From the NCBI GenBank assembly GCA_964627815.1, contig CAZVKE010000008.1, positions 182,116 to 246,115 on the forward strand: a stretch of 64,000 nucleotides of DNA, in the 5' to 3' direction. A program made the position numbers and the translations under genes. Shown in pieces: positions 24,202 to 34,578 of the stretch (within the stretch, counting starts at the first letter, position 1; every line of letters begins with the position of its first letter). Under the pieces are notes generated by a model that saw only the letters and a program-made list of their open reading frames with translations, searched no databases and was not told where the DNA came from. The stretch is from an uncultured Leptospiraceae bacterium (GTDB lineage Bacteria; Spirochaetota; UBA4802; JAGODF01).

Positions 24202-26754
24202 ATGAAAAGAATATGGCTCTTATTCGGCGTGCTGGGGATTGTGCTCTCCGTCCTTGCGGGACATCAGGGCGGGTTTTCCCAGCCGTCGCGCTACGAGGGG
24301 AAGACCGTCAGAAAGATTGAATTCACCGGTTTGAAGAACAACGATGCGAGGGACCTTGTCGATGAGATGTTCACCGTAGAAGGATATCCGCTCAAGGAAA
24401 AGGAGATCAGGCAGGACATCAAGTCGGTGTTCAAGCAGGGCCAGCTTGAGAATGTCGTCGTCGAGGTAGAGGACTTCCGCGACGGCGTCGCGGTGAAATT
24501 CGTCTGCAAGGAGCGGCCGCTTATCCGGCAGATAGAATTTCTCGGGACCGAGGAGATCAACGAAACCGAGCTTACCAACCTGATTCCCGTCAAGGAAAAC
24601 GACGTGCTGCGCCGCGATCTCCTCGAAAAAAGCATCAAGCTCATCAAGAAGAAGTACAACGACCAGGGACTTTTCAACGCTGTCGTGCGATACCAGGTCA
24701 AGAAGGAGACGAGAGACACCAATTCGGTCAAGGTGCTCTTCAGGATAGATGAAGGCGAGGAGATACGCATCGCCAAAATATCGATCATGGGCGCGCGGCT
24801 GGTCCCCGCGAAAAAGCTCCGCTCGGTCATGGAGACCGACGAGACCGGGATATTCGGCAGCGGCGGAGAGTTCAAGAAGGACATCTACGCCCAGGACAAG
24901 GCAAAGATCGAGGGATACTACAAGGAGCTCGGTTATCTCGATGCGCACATCATCGAGGACAGCGTCGAGTACGAATGGAAGGACCCGAGAAAGCAGGATG
25001 CCCGATCGATCTTTATCACCCTGAAAGTCCACGAAGGCGAGAAGTACTATTTCGACAAATATACTGTTGCCGGCAACAAGATATTTGAGACGAAAGTGTT
25101 CGAAAATAATTTCGAGCAGCGTACCCGCGGTGATATCTTCAACTATACATCCTTCCAGCGCGACATGCAGATGATCGCGGCGCGGTACGCCGAAAAGGGA
25201 TATATCTTCGCGCGCGTTGTCCCGAAAAAGACAGTCGAAGAGCAGATAGTCGATATTAGCGGAAGAAAGGAAACCAGAAAATACGTAAAAATTGACTTCA
25301 CCATTTCGGAAGGCAGCAAGGTCCGGATTGAGAATATCATCGTAAAGGGCAATAAAAAGACCAATGACCGGGTAATACGGCGCGAGGTGCTCCTCAAGGA
25401 AAACGAGCTCTTTGATTCCTTCAAGGTGCAGCGGTCGCGTGAAAGGGTCTATAACCTCGGTTTCTTCAAGGAGGTCAACGTCAACGTCCGTCCGGGAAGC
25501 CAGGACGGATACGTCAACCTTGTGGTTGAGGTTGAAGAACAGCCTTCCGGCACAATTTCGCTTGGCGGCGGTTACGGCACCACGACCGGATTTTCCATCT
25601 TTGCGGACGTCGCGGAGAATAATCTTCTCGGAAACGGCCAGCGGGTGGGCACGCGGGTTGAGTACGGTCCCTACCGCAGTGCGGTAACCTTGAGTTTTCA
25701 GGACCTCTGGTTTGCCGACACCTGTTTCCACAACAATCTGCCGCTCGGACTGGATGCCGATGTCTTTTATCAACTGAATACCATCTACACTTCATCGATG
25801 TTTGCAAATTCAAGCAGCAGGGCGACATACCATCGTCAGCGGGTCGGTTACACGGTGGGAACCAGCTACCGGTTCTGGGATTACTACGGTATCGGCCTGC
25901 GATGGACGCATTCGTTCAGCAGGTATGTCGATCCTACCGGAAACTGTTCCGATGATATCTTCATACAGGAAGAGCGCGGCATTCAGGAAAAGCGGACGGT
26001 GACGATCTACGGCTTCCGCAACTCGCGGGATAATTACATGAACCCGACCAGAGGTATTTTCACGCGCCTTGCTGTCGGATTCACCGGCGGCGTCCTGGGA
26101 GGAGACAGCAACTATATCAAGTATTCGCCCGATATCTACATGTATTACAGCCCCTTCCATCTCCCGGCGCTGCGGTCGCACCCGGTGGTAGTTGAGCTTC
26201 GCGGGAACGCCGACTTCATGAGACCGCCTCTCGGAAGGGACATGGTAAGGGATGAGATAAGCCCGCTGACTCACCCGTGGATCGAGCCTGAGGACCGTCT
26301 TCGGATCGGCGGGCCTGAAACCCTTCGGGGATGGGATTATTACGACTCTTCGTTCCCCGACTCCTGGAGGATAGGACTTTTCGACCGGGTGCTCTACGGC
26401 GCCGAGCTTCGCATACCCGTGCATCCGCAGATACTCTGGCTGGTGGCCTTCTTCGACGCGGGATCGGTGTGGACCGACCGTTATTTCGAGAAAGGGCTCA
26501 TTGAAGATTATGTGACTACCATCAACAGCGACAAGGCAAACGGCGATCTGTACGACATCCGCAACTGGCGCGATGTCAACCTCGCGTCATATTTCCGCTA
26601 TTCGTACGGATTCGGCTTCAAGATACAGATACCGATGATGCCGCTGCGTTTCTGGTTCGGACGCAAGCTCGAATGGTCCGGCCGGGACAACGGCTGGTTC
26701 AGGCCGATCAGCGGCTTCAACTTCCAGTTCGGAATCGGTGACATGCGGTTTTAG
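24202..26754 (+). CDS. bamA: Outer membrane protein assembly factor BamA
   Basis: Signal peptide, repeated POTRA-like units (I.F.G......L, EG..Y.I) and an Omp85 barrel ending GFNFQFGIGDMRF. Confidence 0.9.
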   Translation: MKRIWLLFGVLGIVLSVLAGHQGGFSQPSRYEGKTVRKIEFTGLKNNDARDLVDEMFTVEGYPLKEKEIRQDIKSVFKQGQLENVVVEVEDFRDGVAVKFVCKERPLIRQIEFLGTEEINETELTNLIPVKENDVLRRDLLEKSIKLIKKKYNDQGLFNAVVRYQVKKETRDTNSVKVLFRIDEGEEIRIAKISIMGARLVPAKKLRSVMETDETGIFGSGGEFKKDIYAQDKAKIEGYYKELGYLDAHIIEDSVEYEWKDPRKQDARSIFITLKVHEGEKYYFDKYTVAGNKIFETKVFENNFEQRTRGDIFNYTSFQRDMQMIAARYAEKGYIFARVVPKKTVEEQIVDISGRKETRKYVKIDFTISEGSKVRIENIIVKGNKKTNDRVIRREVLLKENELFDSFKVQRSRERVYNLGFFKEVNVNVRPGSQDGYVNLVVEVEEQPSGTISLGGGYGTTTGFSIFADVAENNLLGNGQRVGTRVEYGPYRSAVTLSFQDLWFADTCFHNNLPLGLDADVFYQLNTIYTSSMFANSSSRATYHRQRVGYTVGTSYRFWDYYGIGLRWTHSFSRYVDPTGNCSDDIFIQEERGIQEKRTVTIYGFRNSRDNYMNPTRGIFTRLAVGFTGGVLGGDSNYIKYSPDIYMYYSPFHLPALRSHPVVVELRGNADFMRPPLGRDMVRDEISPLTHPWIEPEDRLRIGGPETLRGWDYYDSSFPDSWRIGLFDRVLYGAELRIPVHPQILWLVAFFDAGSVWTDRYFEKGLIEDYVTTINSDKANGDLYDIRNWRDVNLASYFRYSYGFGFKIQIPMMPLRFWFGRKLEWSGRDNGWFRPISGFNFQFGIGDMRF

Positions 26755-26764
26755 GGGGACAGGT

Positions 26765-27277
26765 TTGGGGTCTTCGGCAAAATCCGCGGCGATCATTTTC
26801 GCGACGCTGGCAATCGCGGCTGCTCTGTCCGCATGTAAAAGCGCTGACCGTGTCGACGAGCGGGCGTTGCGGATACGCTACTGCAGCCTTTCGCTGGCGC
26901 TCGAGTATCTCGTCACCGGCGATCCCGAGGCGCGCGCGCTCAGAGAGCGCAAACGGCAGATCATATCCGCATCATCAGATATCGAAAGGAAGCTTCTCAC
27001 CGAAAAGGACATAAAGGCGCGGGAAAGCATTGTCGCGCAGATCAGGGAATACAGGGACCAGGCGGCGCGGCTTGCCGCGGATGAAAACCGCTACAAGGAA
27101 AAATTTTACACTGAGATCAACAGGGCCATCGAGAGCGTGGCGTCAAGAATGCGGATAGACTTTGTCTACAACATGGGAGAGGGGCTCGTGTACTCCAGGA
27201 GGGAGTACGACATCACCGAGGACATACTCAAGGAGCTCGGCAGCGTCAGGAAGCGGAACGCGCCCCCTTCACGGTGA
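26765..27277 (+). CDS. Skp/OmpH-like periplasmic chaperone (lipobox-type signal)
   Basis: Immediately downstream of bamA. Helical and charged, with coiled-coil character. TTG at 26765 is preceded by AGGGGGA; the track start GTG 26738 lies inside bamA. Confidence 0.5.
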   Translation: MGSSAKSAAIIFATLAIAAALSACKSADRVDERALRIRYCSLSLALEYLVTGDPEARALRERKRQIISASSDIERKLLTEKDIKARESIVAQIREYRDQAARLAADENRYKEKFYTEINRAIESVASRMRIDFVYNMGEGLVYSRREYDITEDILKELGSVRKRNAPPSR

Positions 27278-27282
27278 GATCA

Positions 27283-27960
27283 ATGAAAAAACAGCTGATA
27301 CTGTTCATGCTCGCAATCGTCGTTGCGGCCGCGTGCGTATCCTGCGCGGATGCGCGAAAGGACGCCGTGAAGCGCGCGTTTTCCGGGTTTCGCGGGCGCT
27401 ACGTCTTCCTCGTCAGCAAAAAGGAGTTCGCGCTTTACGTGTATGACCGCAATCTCGCCGTGATGAAAAAGTACCTTATCGCCTACGGGCTCAATCCTGA
27501 CAGAAAAACCAAACTGCATGCTGGGGACGACCGGACGCCCGAAGGCGAATACCATGTGGTCGAGATACTGAGCATGGACGCTGACAGGACATCGCCGGGA
27601 TACCGCAAACTCCGTGCGATGAACGGCGTCTACTTCCGCGCCCGCGACGGCCACTACCGTTACGGCGACAGGAAAGCCGATCTGGGAGATAACGCGTACG
27701 GCCCGCGCTTTTTTCTTATCGATTATCCCGCCGCGCATGACAGGGCGCGTTATGACAGGGCGCTGGCTTCGGGGCTTATTCCGCTGAAAGGCGGCGTGCC
27801 GGCGCCGATAGGGCACGGGATCGCCATTCACGGCAACAACGACGCGGCATCGATCGGGCATCTGGCCACGAGCGGGTGCGTCAGGATGTATAACGAGGAC
27901 ATCCTTGAGCTTGACCGGTTCGTTGAAATCGGCACTCCGGTAATTATTTCATCCGACTGA
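27283..27960 (+). CDS. L,D-transpeptidase (YkuD family)
   Basis: Signal peptide plus catalytic signature HGIAIHGNND...GHLATSGCVRM. Confidence 0.85.
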   Translation: MKKQLILFMLAIVVAAACVSCADARKDAVKRAFSGFRGRYVFLVSKKEFALYVYDRNLAVMKKYLIAYGLNPDRKTKLHAGDDRTPEGEYHVVEILSMDADRTSPGYRKLRAMNGVYFRARDGHYRYGDRKADLGDNAYGPRFFLIDYPAAHDRARYDRALASGLIPLKGGVPAPIGHGIAIHGNNDAASIGHLATSGCVRMYNEDILELDRFVEIGTPVIISSD

Positions 27961-28100
27961 ATGTTAAAGTGTTGACATAATAGATAAATGTACGAGAGTG
28001 TGATGGCTATCTGTATCGGTTGACGGGGCGCACGCGCAGTCTTTTCCCCGACGTATTGCGCCGTACGAAACTCAATATGACTATTTCATCGGAGGTTTCC

Positions 28101-28430
28101 GTGTTACATTTAATCACTGCCGCATTCGCTCAGACCCAGACCGCCGCGCCGCAGGCCGGACAGGGAGGCTCGATGTGGACGAGCTTTATTCCGATCATCC
28201 TGATGATCGTAATTTTTTATTTTCTGCTGATCCGTCCCTCCCAGAAGAAAGAGAAAGAGCGCAAAAAGATGCTCGAGGCAATCCAGAAGGGAGACAAAGT
28301 GATAACGGTGGGCGGCATGTATGGTGTTGTCGTCAGCGTGAAGCCGGAAGAAGGAAAGGTGGTTCTCAAAATCGCCGAGAACACGAAAGCGGAGTTTTCC
28401 AAATCCGCGATCCAGTCAAAAGTTTCCTGA
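28101..28430 (+). CDS. yajC: Preprotein translocase subunit YajC
   Basis: IPIILMIVIFYFLLIRPSQKKEKERKKML..IQKGDKVITVGGMYGVV. GTG at 28101 is preceded by GGAGG at 5-nt spacing and gives a typical ~110-aa YajC. Confidence 0.85.
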   Translation: MLHLITAAFAQTQTAAPQAGQGGSMWTSFIPIILMIVIFYFLLIRPSQKKEKERKKMLEAIQKGDKVITVGGMYGVVVSVKPEEGKVVLKIAENTKAEFSKSAIQSKVS

Positions 28431-28439
28431 AAAGTAAAA

Positions 28440-29012
28440 ATGATGAAAAACCTGAAAACCAAACTTAGTGTTGCCGTCATAGCGCTTGTGTTTGTGATGG
28501 CAGGATCTTTTTTATATTCCCAGGACGCTCCTGATGCGGGACCGTCTCCGCAACCGGAAGCAGCGAAAACCGATGACGCTCCCGCGGCGCAGGCCGTACC
28601 CGCGAAAGAAGTACGCCAGAACAGGCCCGCTCGCAGGGCAGCCGCCGACGCGCAGGCCAGGGGCGAGAAGAAAAGCGAAAAAGAAAAAAAGAAAGAGGAA
28701 AAAGCCGCGCCGCAGCCTGAAGAAACGGCGGGCGGTCTTCTCGAAATCACCGAAGGTGAATTCAAATATGCCCGTATTCCCGAAAGGAAATCCGTACCGA
28801 TGATATCCGAGAGCATATCCATCGGCCAGGAGGGCGCCGAAACGGCAGCGCCGGCGGCGGGTGAAAACCGTCAGGGCCTTTTCGGGCTCAGTCCCGGCGC
28901 GTCAAATCGACTCGCGGTTGGCGTGCTCGTGTCGCTGATCGTCGTAATCTTTCTGCTTTACAGGATCAGGTCAAGATCGAGAAACAGCAGCGTATTAAAG
29001 CGGTTCCCCTGA
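28440..29012 (+). CDS. Hypothetical low-complexity (A/P/K/E-rich) protein with N-terminal signal and C-terminal TM helix
   Basis: 190-aa ORF between yajC and secD. Hydrophobic N-terminus, KKSEKEKKKEEK tract, C-terminal LAVGVLVSLIVVIFLLY. Confidence 0.5.
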   Translation: MMKNLKTKLSVAVIALVFVMAGSFLYSQDAPDAGPSPQPEAAKTDDAPAAQAVPAKEVRQNRPARRAAADAQARGEKKSEKEKKKEEKAAPQPEETAGGLLEITEGEFKYARIPERKSVPMISESISIGQEGAETAAPAAGENRQGLFGLSPGASNRLAVGVLVSLIVVIFLLYRIRSRSRNSSVLKRFP

Positions 29013-29087
29013 TATGAATCGACGCGAAGCACTGACGTGCAAATCCGATCGTTATATCATACTCTAAAATTATAGAAGAGGATTTTA

Positions 29088-30752
29088 ATGACCCGCGGAA
29101 TGATATATAAAGGAATTTTTATTGTCGCGCTGAATATCTTTGCGGTAATTCTCATGCTTCCGACCGTGGGTCAGCGTGAAATGAATATCGGGTTCCGGCC
29201 CGATGCGACGCCGGAGCAGATCGCGCTTGTAGCCGCGCGGTTCCCGGCGGAGAGGTACCAGGTTGAAAGAACGTCATCCGGAATGACCGTAACCGGGTAC
29301 GGGCTCAATGACGCGATCATGAATGCGGTGAAGACCGTTCAGGGCGTTTCAGAGGTAAGGTTTGTCACGCACTGGTCGGAGCGAAAGCCGATATCGGCGA
29401 AGCGAATCAACCTTGGCCTTGATCTTCAGGGCGGCATGCAGCTTGTTCTCATGCCTGATTTCCCCTCGCTTGAAAGGCGTCTCGGCAGGAAGCTTAACAG
29501 CGAAGAAAAGAGTGACGCGTCGCAGCAGGCGCTCGAACTGCTCCGCGGCCGTGTCGACCAGTTCGGCGTTTCAGAGCCGCAACTCAGAAGGCGCGAGTCG
29601 GGCGCCATTGAAATACAACTTCCCGGCGTTCGCGATCCTGAAGGGGTAAAGCGCCTTATCGGTACGACAGGACGGGTTGAATACAGGATCGTGAATGAAG
29701 CTTTTACCAAGAAGGCTGAAGAGTGGTTCCAGAACAAAGCCGAATTCCGTGAAAAGGGACTCCCCGTTGACACCAAGGACCAGATGGACCTTCTTACCCA
29801 GATATCAAAGGATATTGAACTTCCCGATGACCACGAGCTTCTTTTCTTTTACGACAGGGACAAGAGCGCGAAAAAACTTGTTCCCACGCACCCGGTCGCT
29901 CTGCAGCGACAGGCGGCGCTCGCGGGCAGCGATATAAAGAAGGCATACCGCGGGTATGACGACTACAACCGGCTTGCCGTCCACTTCAACACAACCGACG
30001 AGGGCGCGGTCAAGTTTGCCGAAGCGACCTCGAAAAAGAACCACGGCAAGCGCCTGGCCATCGTCATCGACAACAAGGTGCGCAGCGCCCCGCTTATGAA
30101 TGTGCAGATCACGACCGGAAGCGCGATGATCCAGGGCGACTTCAGCAAGGAGGAGCTTGATACGCTCGTCGGCATCATCAAAGAGGGAGCCCTTCCTGTT
30201 GACCTTGAGCGGATAGAGGAACGCAGTGTCGGTCCTTCGCTTGGAATTGACTCGATCAACTCCGGTATCAAGGCGCTGACCGTTGCCATGATCGCGGTAA
30301 TTGTTTTCATGATCATCTACTATAAGCTTGCCGGCATCATCGCGTCGATAGGACTGGTCATGCACCTCATCTTCATGGTGGCGGTACTGTCATGGCTGAA
30401 TTTCACATTGACGCTTCCCGGTATCGCCGGATTCGTCCTCACCGTCGGTATGGCGGTTGACGCGAACGTTCTCATCTATGAACGGATAAAGGAAGAGCTG
30501 TCCCACGGCAAGTCGCCGCATGCGGCCATCGTTACCGGTTTCGACAGGGCCTTCTGGACGATCTTTGACTCCAACCTGACCGCGCTCATAGCCGCGTTTG
30601 TGCTCACGCAGTTCGGCACGGGTCCGATAAAAGGTTTCGCGGTGACACTGGCGATCGGTATTCTTGCGAGTATGTTTACGGCGCTGTATGTATCAAAATA
30701 TATTTACTCGCTTATCTCCCTGAAGAAGAATCTTCATAAACTGAGCATTTAA
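29088..30752 (+). CDS. secD: Protein translocase subunit SecD
   Basis: 554 aa. LGLDLQGG, periplasmic domain, and C-terminal 6-TM block with TLPGIAGFVLTVGMAVDANVLIYERIKEE. Confidence 0.95.
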   Translation: MTRGMIYKGIFIVALNIFAVILMLPTVGQREMNIGFRPDATPEQIALVAARFPAERYQVERTSSGMTVTGYGLNDAIMNAVKTVQGVSEVRFVTHWSERKPISAKRINLGLDLQGGMQLVLMPDFPSLERRLGRKLNSEEKSDASQQALELLRGRVDQFGVSEPQLRRRESGAIEIQLPGVRDPEGVKRLIGTTGRVEYRIVNEAFTKKAEEWFQNKAEFREKGLPVDTKDQMDLLTQISKDIELPDDHELLFFYDRDKSAKKLVPTHPVALQRQAALAGSDIKKAYRGYDDYNRLAVHFNTTDEGAVKFAEATSKKNHGKRLAIVIDNKVRSAPLMNVQITTGSAMIQGDFSKEELDTLVGIIKEGALPVDLERIEERSVGPSLGIDSINSGIKALTVAMIAVIVFMIIYYKLAGIIASIGLVMHLIFMVAVLSWLNFTLTLPGIAGFVLTVGMAVDANVLIYERIKEELSHGKSPHAAIVTGFDRAFWTIFDSNLTALIAAFVLTQFGTGPIKGFAVTLAIGILASMFTALYVSKYIYSLISLKKNLHKLSI

Positions 30753-30765
30753 GAGGTGGATTGCC

Positions 30766-31716
30766 TTGAAAAAAATGATAAAATTTGTGGAGTACCGCTT
30801 CATCTCCTATGCGATAACGATCGTTCTTTTTACCGTATTCGGTGTGGGAACGTATTTAAATGGAGGATTCAACTGGGGGATAGACTTCATGGGTGGCATA
30901 AAAGTCATCGCGGGCTTTCCGCGCGGCGTCGATGTCCATAGAATCCGCCAGGTCCTGCATGCCGGCAACATCAATGCCGAGGTGCAGCAGTATGGCGATG
31001 AAGCGCTGAACCAGTATGTTATTTCCGCCAAGCTTACCCAGGTAAACGCCGCGGCCGTCCAGGAACCGAAAGCGGTCACTGAAACCCCGGGCGCCGCCCC
31101 CGGGCAGGACAACGTATCCAATGTACAGCGGTCGAACAGGCTCATTGTCCTGCTCCAGCAGGGATTTCCCGAGGTTTCGATAGTCAACTCCGAGGAGGTC
31201 GGACCTGCTATCGGTGATTATCTGAAAAAATCCGCGCTTTACCTTATCGCGTGGTGTATTGGCCTTATGGGTGTGTACCTTGCCTTCAGGTTCGAGTACC
31301 GATTTGCCGTTACGGCGATGATCGGACTGGTTCATGATGTTATGCTTTCCTTCCTCTTCTGCGGAATGATGGGAATTGAGATCAATATCCCGATCGTCGC
31401 GGGCGTCCTTACCATATTCGGCTACTCGATAAACGACACCGTGGTGGTGTACGACCGAATTCGGGAAAATATGACCAACATGGCGAAGAAGTCGTTCCTT
31501 GAAATCTGTGATGTCTCGATAACACAGACCCTGAAACGGACGATCCTGACGACGTTTACCACGTTGATCGGTACGTTCTGCCTTTACATGATAGGGGTGG
31601 AAATAATAAATGACTTTGCGCTGATGCTCCTGTTCGGCTTCTCGCTCGGAGTCTTCTCCACGGTGGGCGTGTCGACCCCATTGATATATGAATGGCAGCG
31701 GATCAGAGCTAAATAG
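30766..31716 (+). CDS. secF: Protein translocase subunit SecF
   Basis: 316 aa. GIDFMGG, FGYSINDTVVVYDRIREN. TTG start is preceded by GAGGTGGA. Confidence 0.95.
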   Translation: MKKMIKFVEYRFISYAITIVLFTVFGVGTYLNGGFNWGIDFMGGIKVIAGFPRGVDVHRIRQVLHAGNINAEVQQYGDEALNQYVISAKLTQVNAAAVQEPKAVTETPGAAPGQDNVSNVQRSNRLIVLLQQGFPEVSIVNSEEVGPAIGDYLKKSALYLIAWCIGLMGVYLAFRFEYRFAVTAMIGLVHDVMLSFLFCGMMGIEINIPIVAGVLTIFGYSINDTVVVYDRIRENMTNMAKKSFLEICDVSITQTLKRTILTTFTTLIGTFCLYMIGVEIINDFALMLLFGFSLGVFSTVGVSTPLIYEWQRIRAK

Positions 31717-31723
31717 CGTCAGT

Positions 31724-32671
31724 ATGAACCGTTATCTTCTTTCACGGCGGCGCCTCCTTCGAATCGGTGGCGCCGTTCTGTCTTGTGCGCTCATCCTGGC
31801 CATTCTCTCCGCTCCGGCCATGCCCGGTCCGCTCGAAGAGGAATATTCTCCCGGCGCGATCCGCGGCTTTGCCGCGGGCCTGCTGTCGGCGCGGGAATAT
31901 TACCGGGCGATCGTTGAGCTGCGGCGCCTGTCATCGCTTCATCCCGATTCATTGAGCAGGGAAAGGCTGTATATATCCGAACTCTATCTGCTGTACATGG
32001 GCGGGCAGTACGCCGCGCTGGATTCACTCGAGTATACGGGCGGGGACATATCTGTCGCCTGCGCGGCATCGCTGTTACGGACCGACGCGCTCTTTATGCG
32101 TGAATCGCCTCTTTCCGGAAATCCTCCCATCGTTTCGGCCGTCTGCGGCGATCCTCTTGACTCGTATCTCTGGAAGCGAAGGCTCATCTCGCGCCTGCTG
32201 AGCCGCGATCTCCCCGGCGCGGAAACGCTTTTCGCGACTGACCGGATGCCGGCGGGAGTGCGTAACGATCGTCAGAAATATCTCGATCTTGTCGCTTCCG
32301 CGCGCGAGCGTTCGTCCGCCTGGTCGGACCCGTACATCGCGCTCTGGGCGGGTATCGCCCCCGGCATGGGGTATGTGTACGCCGGCAATACGTCAACGGG
32401 GATCGTCGCGCTTATCGTGATATCGGTATTTTCCGCGATCACGGTGGCCTCATTCCGGACTGACAACCAGCCGCTCGGCATCGTGACCGGCGCGGTGACC
32501 GCTTTTTTTTACGGCGGGAGCATGGCGGGGGGATACATGGAGTCGCGGCGGCACAATGCCCTGATGATGTCGTCGCTTCGCGACCGGCTCTCCGAGGAGA
32601 TGTCGCTCCAGGAGGACAGGGACGCGGTTTTCAGAAATTACGGCGCGGGACTTCCCGCGCCGGCGCGATAG
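31724..32671 (+). CDS. Hypothetical membrane protein
   Basis: ORF with an N-terminal signal/TM and two C-terminal TM helices (GIVALIVISVFSAITVA, GIVTGAVTAFFYGG). I recognised no family motif. Confidence 0.5.
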   Translation: MNRYLLSRRRLLRIGGAVLSCALILAILSAPAMPGPLEEEYSPGAIRGFAAGLLSAREYYRAIVELRRLSSLHPDSLSRERLYISELYLLYMGGQYAALDSLEYTGGDISVACAASLLRTDALFMRESPLSGNPPIVSAVCGDPLDSYLWKRRLISRLLSRDLPGAETLFATDRMPAGVRNDRQKYLDLVASARERSSAWSDPYIALWAGIAPGMGYVYAGNTSTGIVALIVISVFSAITVASFRTDNQPLGIVTGAVTAFFYGGSMAGGYMESRRHNALMMSSLRDRLSEEMSLQEDRDAVFRNYGAGLPAPAR

Positions 32672-32686
32672 AGGAGAAGATGCCGC

Positions 32687-33913
32687 ATGTCTGATTCCGT
32701 CCGGTTCATGACGCGGGCCCTCGAGCTCGGATTTTCCGCGATGGGGATAACATCACCCAATCCGGCGGTGGGCGCGCTCATCGTCCGCGGAGCGGAGGTG
32801 ATCGCCGAAGGGAGGACCGGGCCGTGCGGATCGGATCACGCGGAGGCCTGCGCGCTTAAAAACGCGCGCGCCGAAACAGCCGGCGCCGAGATGTTCGTAT
32901 CCCTCGAGCCCTGCTGCCATTACGGGAAGACGCCGCCCTGCACCGACGCGATCATCCGAGCCGGCATACGGCGCGTGTATATCCCCATCCTCGATCCTAA
33001 CCCGCTTGTGGCCGGCAAAGGCGTGCTTGCGCTGAAAAACGCGGGTGTGGAAGTCGTGACCATGAATGAGATGGCATCCGCCGCGTCCGACCTCATACGG
33101 CCGTTCAGAAAATTCATCATGAGAAAACGTCCCTTCGTCATCCAGAAACTCGCGGTGACCCTTGACGGCAGGATCGCGACGCGCACGGGCGACTCGCGGT
33201 GGATTTCATCCGAGGCTTCGCGCTGCCTGGTGCACCGCCTGCGCGCGGTCAGCGACGCCGTGATCGTCGGCAAAAACACCATGGAGCGTGACGATCCCTC
33301 GCTTACGGTGCGGCCCGGGGATTTTTCCGATGAAGCGCGCGTGAAACTTTCGGCGGCATCTGAACTCATAACCGGGTACGATAATTTTTTTCTTAAAATG
33401 CTGCTGCGCGAAGATGTCGGCGCGTCACGAAACGCGTCGGAGCGGATAGTGATAGGACTTCCCGACCGCATCGACCGGCAGTGCCGCTTTTTAGGCGATG
33501 AAAATTATCTTTTCTTTGCAGATGCGCGCAAAAGGGATCAGGTCGAAAAACGGGATGACAGCGCCTTCCTCCACGAATGCATTGAGAGGGAGAAGCTTGT
33601 TTTTATCAGCGGAGAGAACCGTGCCGAGCAGGTTGAAGCGGTGCTTGCCGAGCTGTACAGGCGGGGAAGGATGGTCCTTCTCCTTGAGGGCGGCAGCGCG
33701 CTGTCCGGGAGTTTTTTCGACGCGGGCGCCATCGACCAGTATCTTTACTTCATCGCGCCGAAGGTGATCGGCCATGGCACCTCCGCGATGGAAGGGCGCG
33801 GAGTCCATTTGATCAGCGACGCGGTCTATCTGCGCGACGTGTCGACGGTGCGTATCGCCGAAGACCTTCTGTATTCCGGCTATGGAGCGCCGTATAATTT
33901 TGAAATGATGTGA
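32687..33913 (+). CDS. ribD: Bifunctional riboflavin biosynthesis protein RibD (deaminase/reductase)
   Basis: Deaminase zinc motifs HAEACAL and LEPCCHYGKTPPC. Reductase part QKLAVTLDGRIATRTGDSRWISS...LLLEGGSALSGSF. Confidence 0.9.
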   Translation: MSDSVRFMTRALELGFSAMGITSPNPAVGALIVRGAEVIAEGRTGPCGSDHAEACALKNARAETAGAEMFVSLEPCCHYGKTPPCTDAIIRAGIRRVYIPILDPNPLVAGKGVLALKNAGVEVVTMNEMASAASDLIRPFRKFIMRKRPFVIQKLAVTLDGRIATRTGDSRWISSEASRCLVHRLRAVSDAVIVGKNTMERDDPSLTVRPGDFSDEARVKLSAASELITGYDNFFLKMLLREDVGASRNASERIVIGLPDRIDRQCRFLGDENYLFFADARKRDQVEKRDDSAFLHECIEREKLVFISGENRAEQVEAVLAELYRRGRMVLLLEGGSALSGSFFDAGAIDQYLYFIAPKVIGHGTSAMEGRGVHLISDAVYLRDVSTVRIAEDLLYSGYGAPYNFEMM

Positions 33914-33920
33914 GGCAGAT

Positions 33921-34574
33921 GTGTTTACCGGATTGATCGAAGAGACGGGAACGATAGGAAAAATCGAAGCCGCGGGCGAGGGGAGGTATCTGACCGTACT
34001 CTCGAAAATGGTGCTGGAAGGAACGAAGGTCGGCGATTCGATATCGGTCGACGGCGTGTGCCTGACGGTCACCGCGCTCTCGCGTGATTCCTTTACCGCC
34101 TTCGCCTCGCAGGTGACCTGCTCGCTTACCACTGTCGGCAGGGCAAAGGCCGGAACGCGGGTCAATCTCGAGCGGGCCCTCTCGCTCGGCTCGCGCATGG
34201 GCGGGCACATCGTGCAGGGGCATGCTGACGGCACGGGCGCGATACGGGGCATCGAGCGCGACGCCAACGGCATCAGGATAAGGATAGCCCTCCCGGGCCC
34301 GCTGCTTCATCAGGTTGTGCCGAAAGGATCGATCGCCGTGGACGGCATTTCCCTGACCGTAGTCTCGCTCGAGGCGGACGGTCTGGAGCTCTATCTCATT
34401 CCCGAAACCATGAGCAATACGACGCTCGGCGGCAAAAAGATCGGCGATCAGGTGAATATCGAGACCGATATCCTCGCGAAATACATAGAGCGCTTCATGC
34501 AGGGGCGCGATGAATCCGGACGGGGAAATGATGAAAGCCTGATGAAAAAGCTGGCGGAAGGCGGGTTTATCTGA
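33921..34574 (+). CDS. ribE: Riboflavin synthase alpha chain
   Basis: MFTGLIEETG..., duplicated lumazine-binding repeats (GDSISVDGVCLTV and GSIAVDGISLTV), and MGGHIVQGHADG. Confidence 0.9.
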   Translation: MFTGLIEETGTIGKIEAAGEGRYLTVLSKMVLEGTKVGDSISVDGVCLTVTALSRDSFTAFASQVTCSLTTVGRAKAGTRVNLERALSLGSRMGGHIVQGHADGTGAIRGIERDANGIRIRIALPGPLLHQVVPKGSIAVDGISLTVVSLEADGLELYLIPETMSNTTLGGKKIGDQVNIETDILAKYIERFMQGRDESGRGNDESLMKKLAEGGFI

Positions 34575-34578
34575 CCGG

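Noticed and set aside
24220-25773. 517-aa minus-strand ORF opposite bamA.
   Set aside because: It is antisense to a clear POTRA/Omp85 protein. It has no start context or motifs and is a shadow ORF.
32672-32686. An FMN riboswitch was expected upstream of ribD.
   Set aside because: The gap to the preceding gene is 15 nt, so there is no room for the aptamer. ribD appears co-transcribed with the upstream membrane-protein gene.
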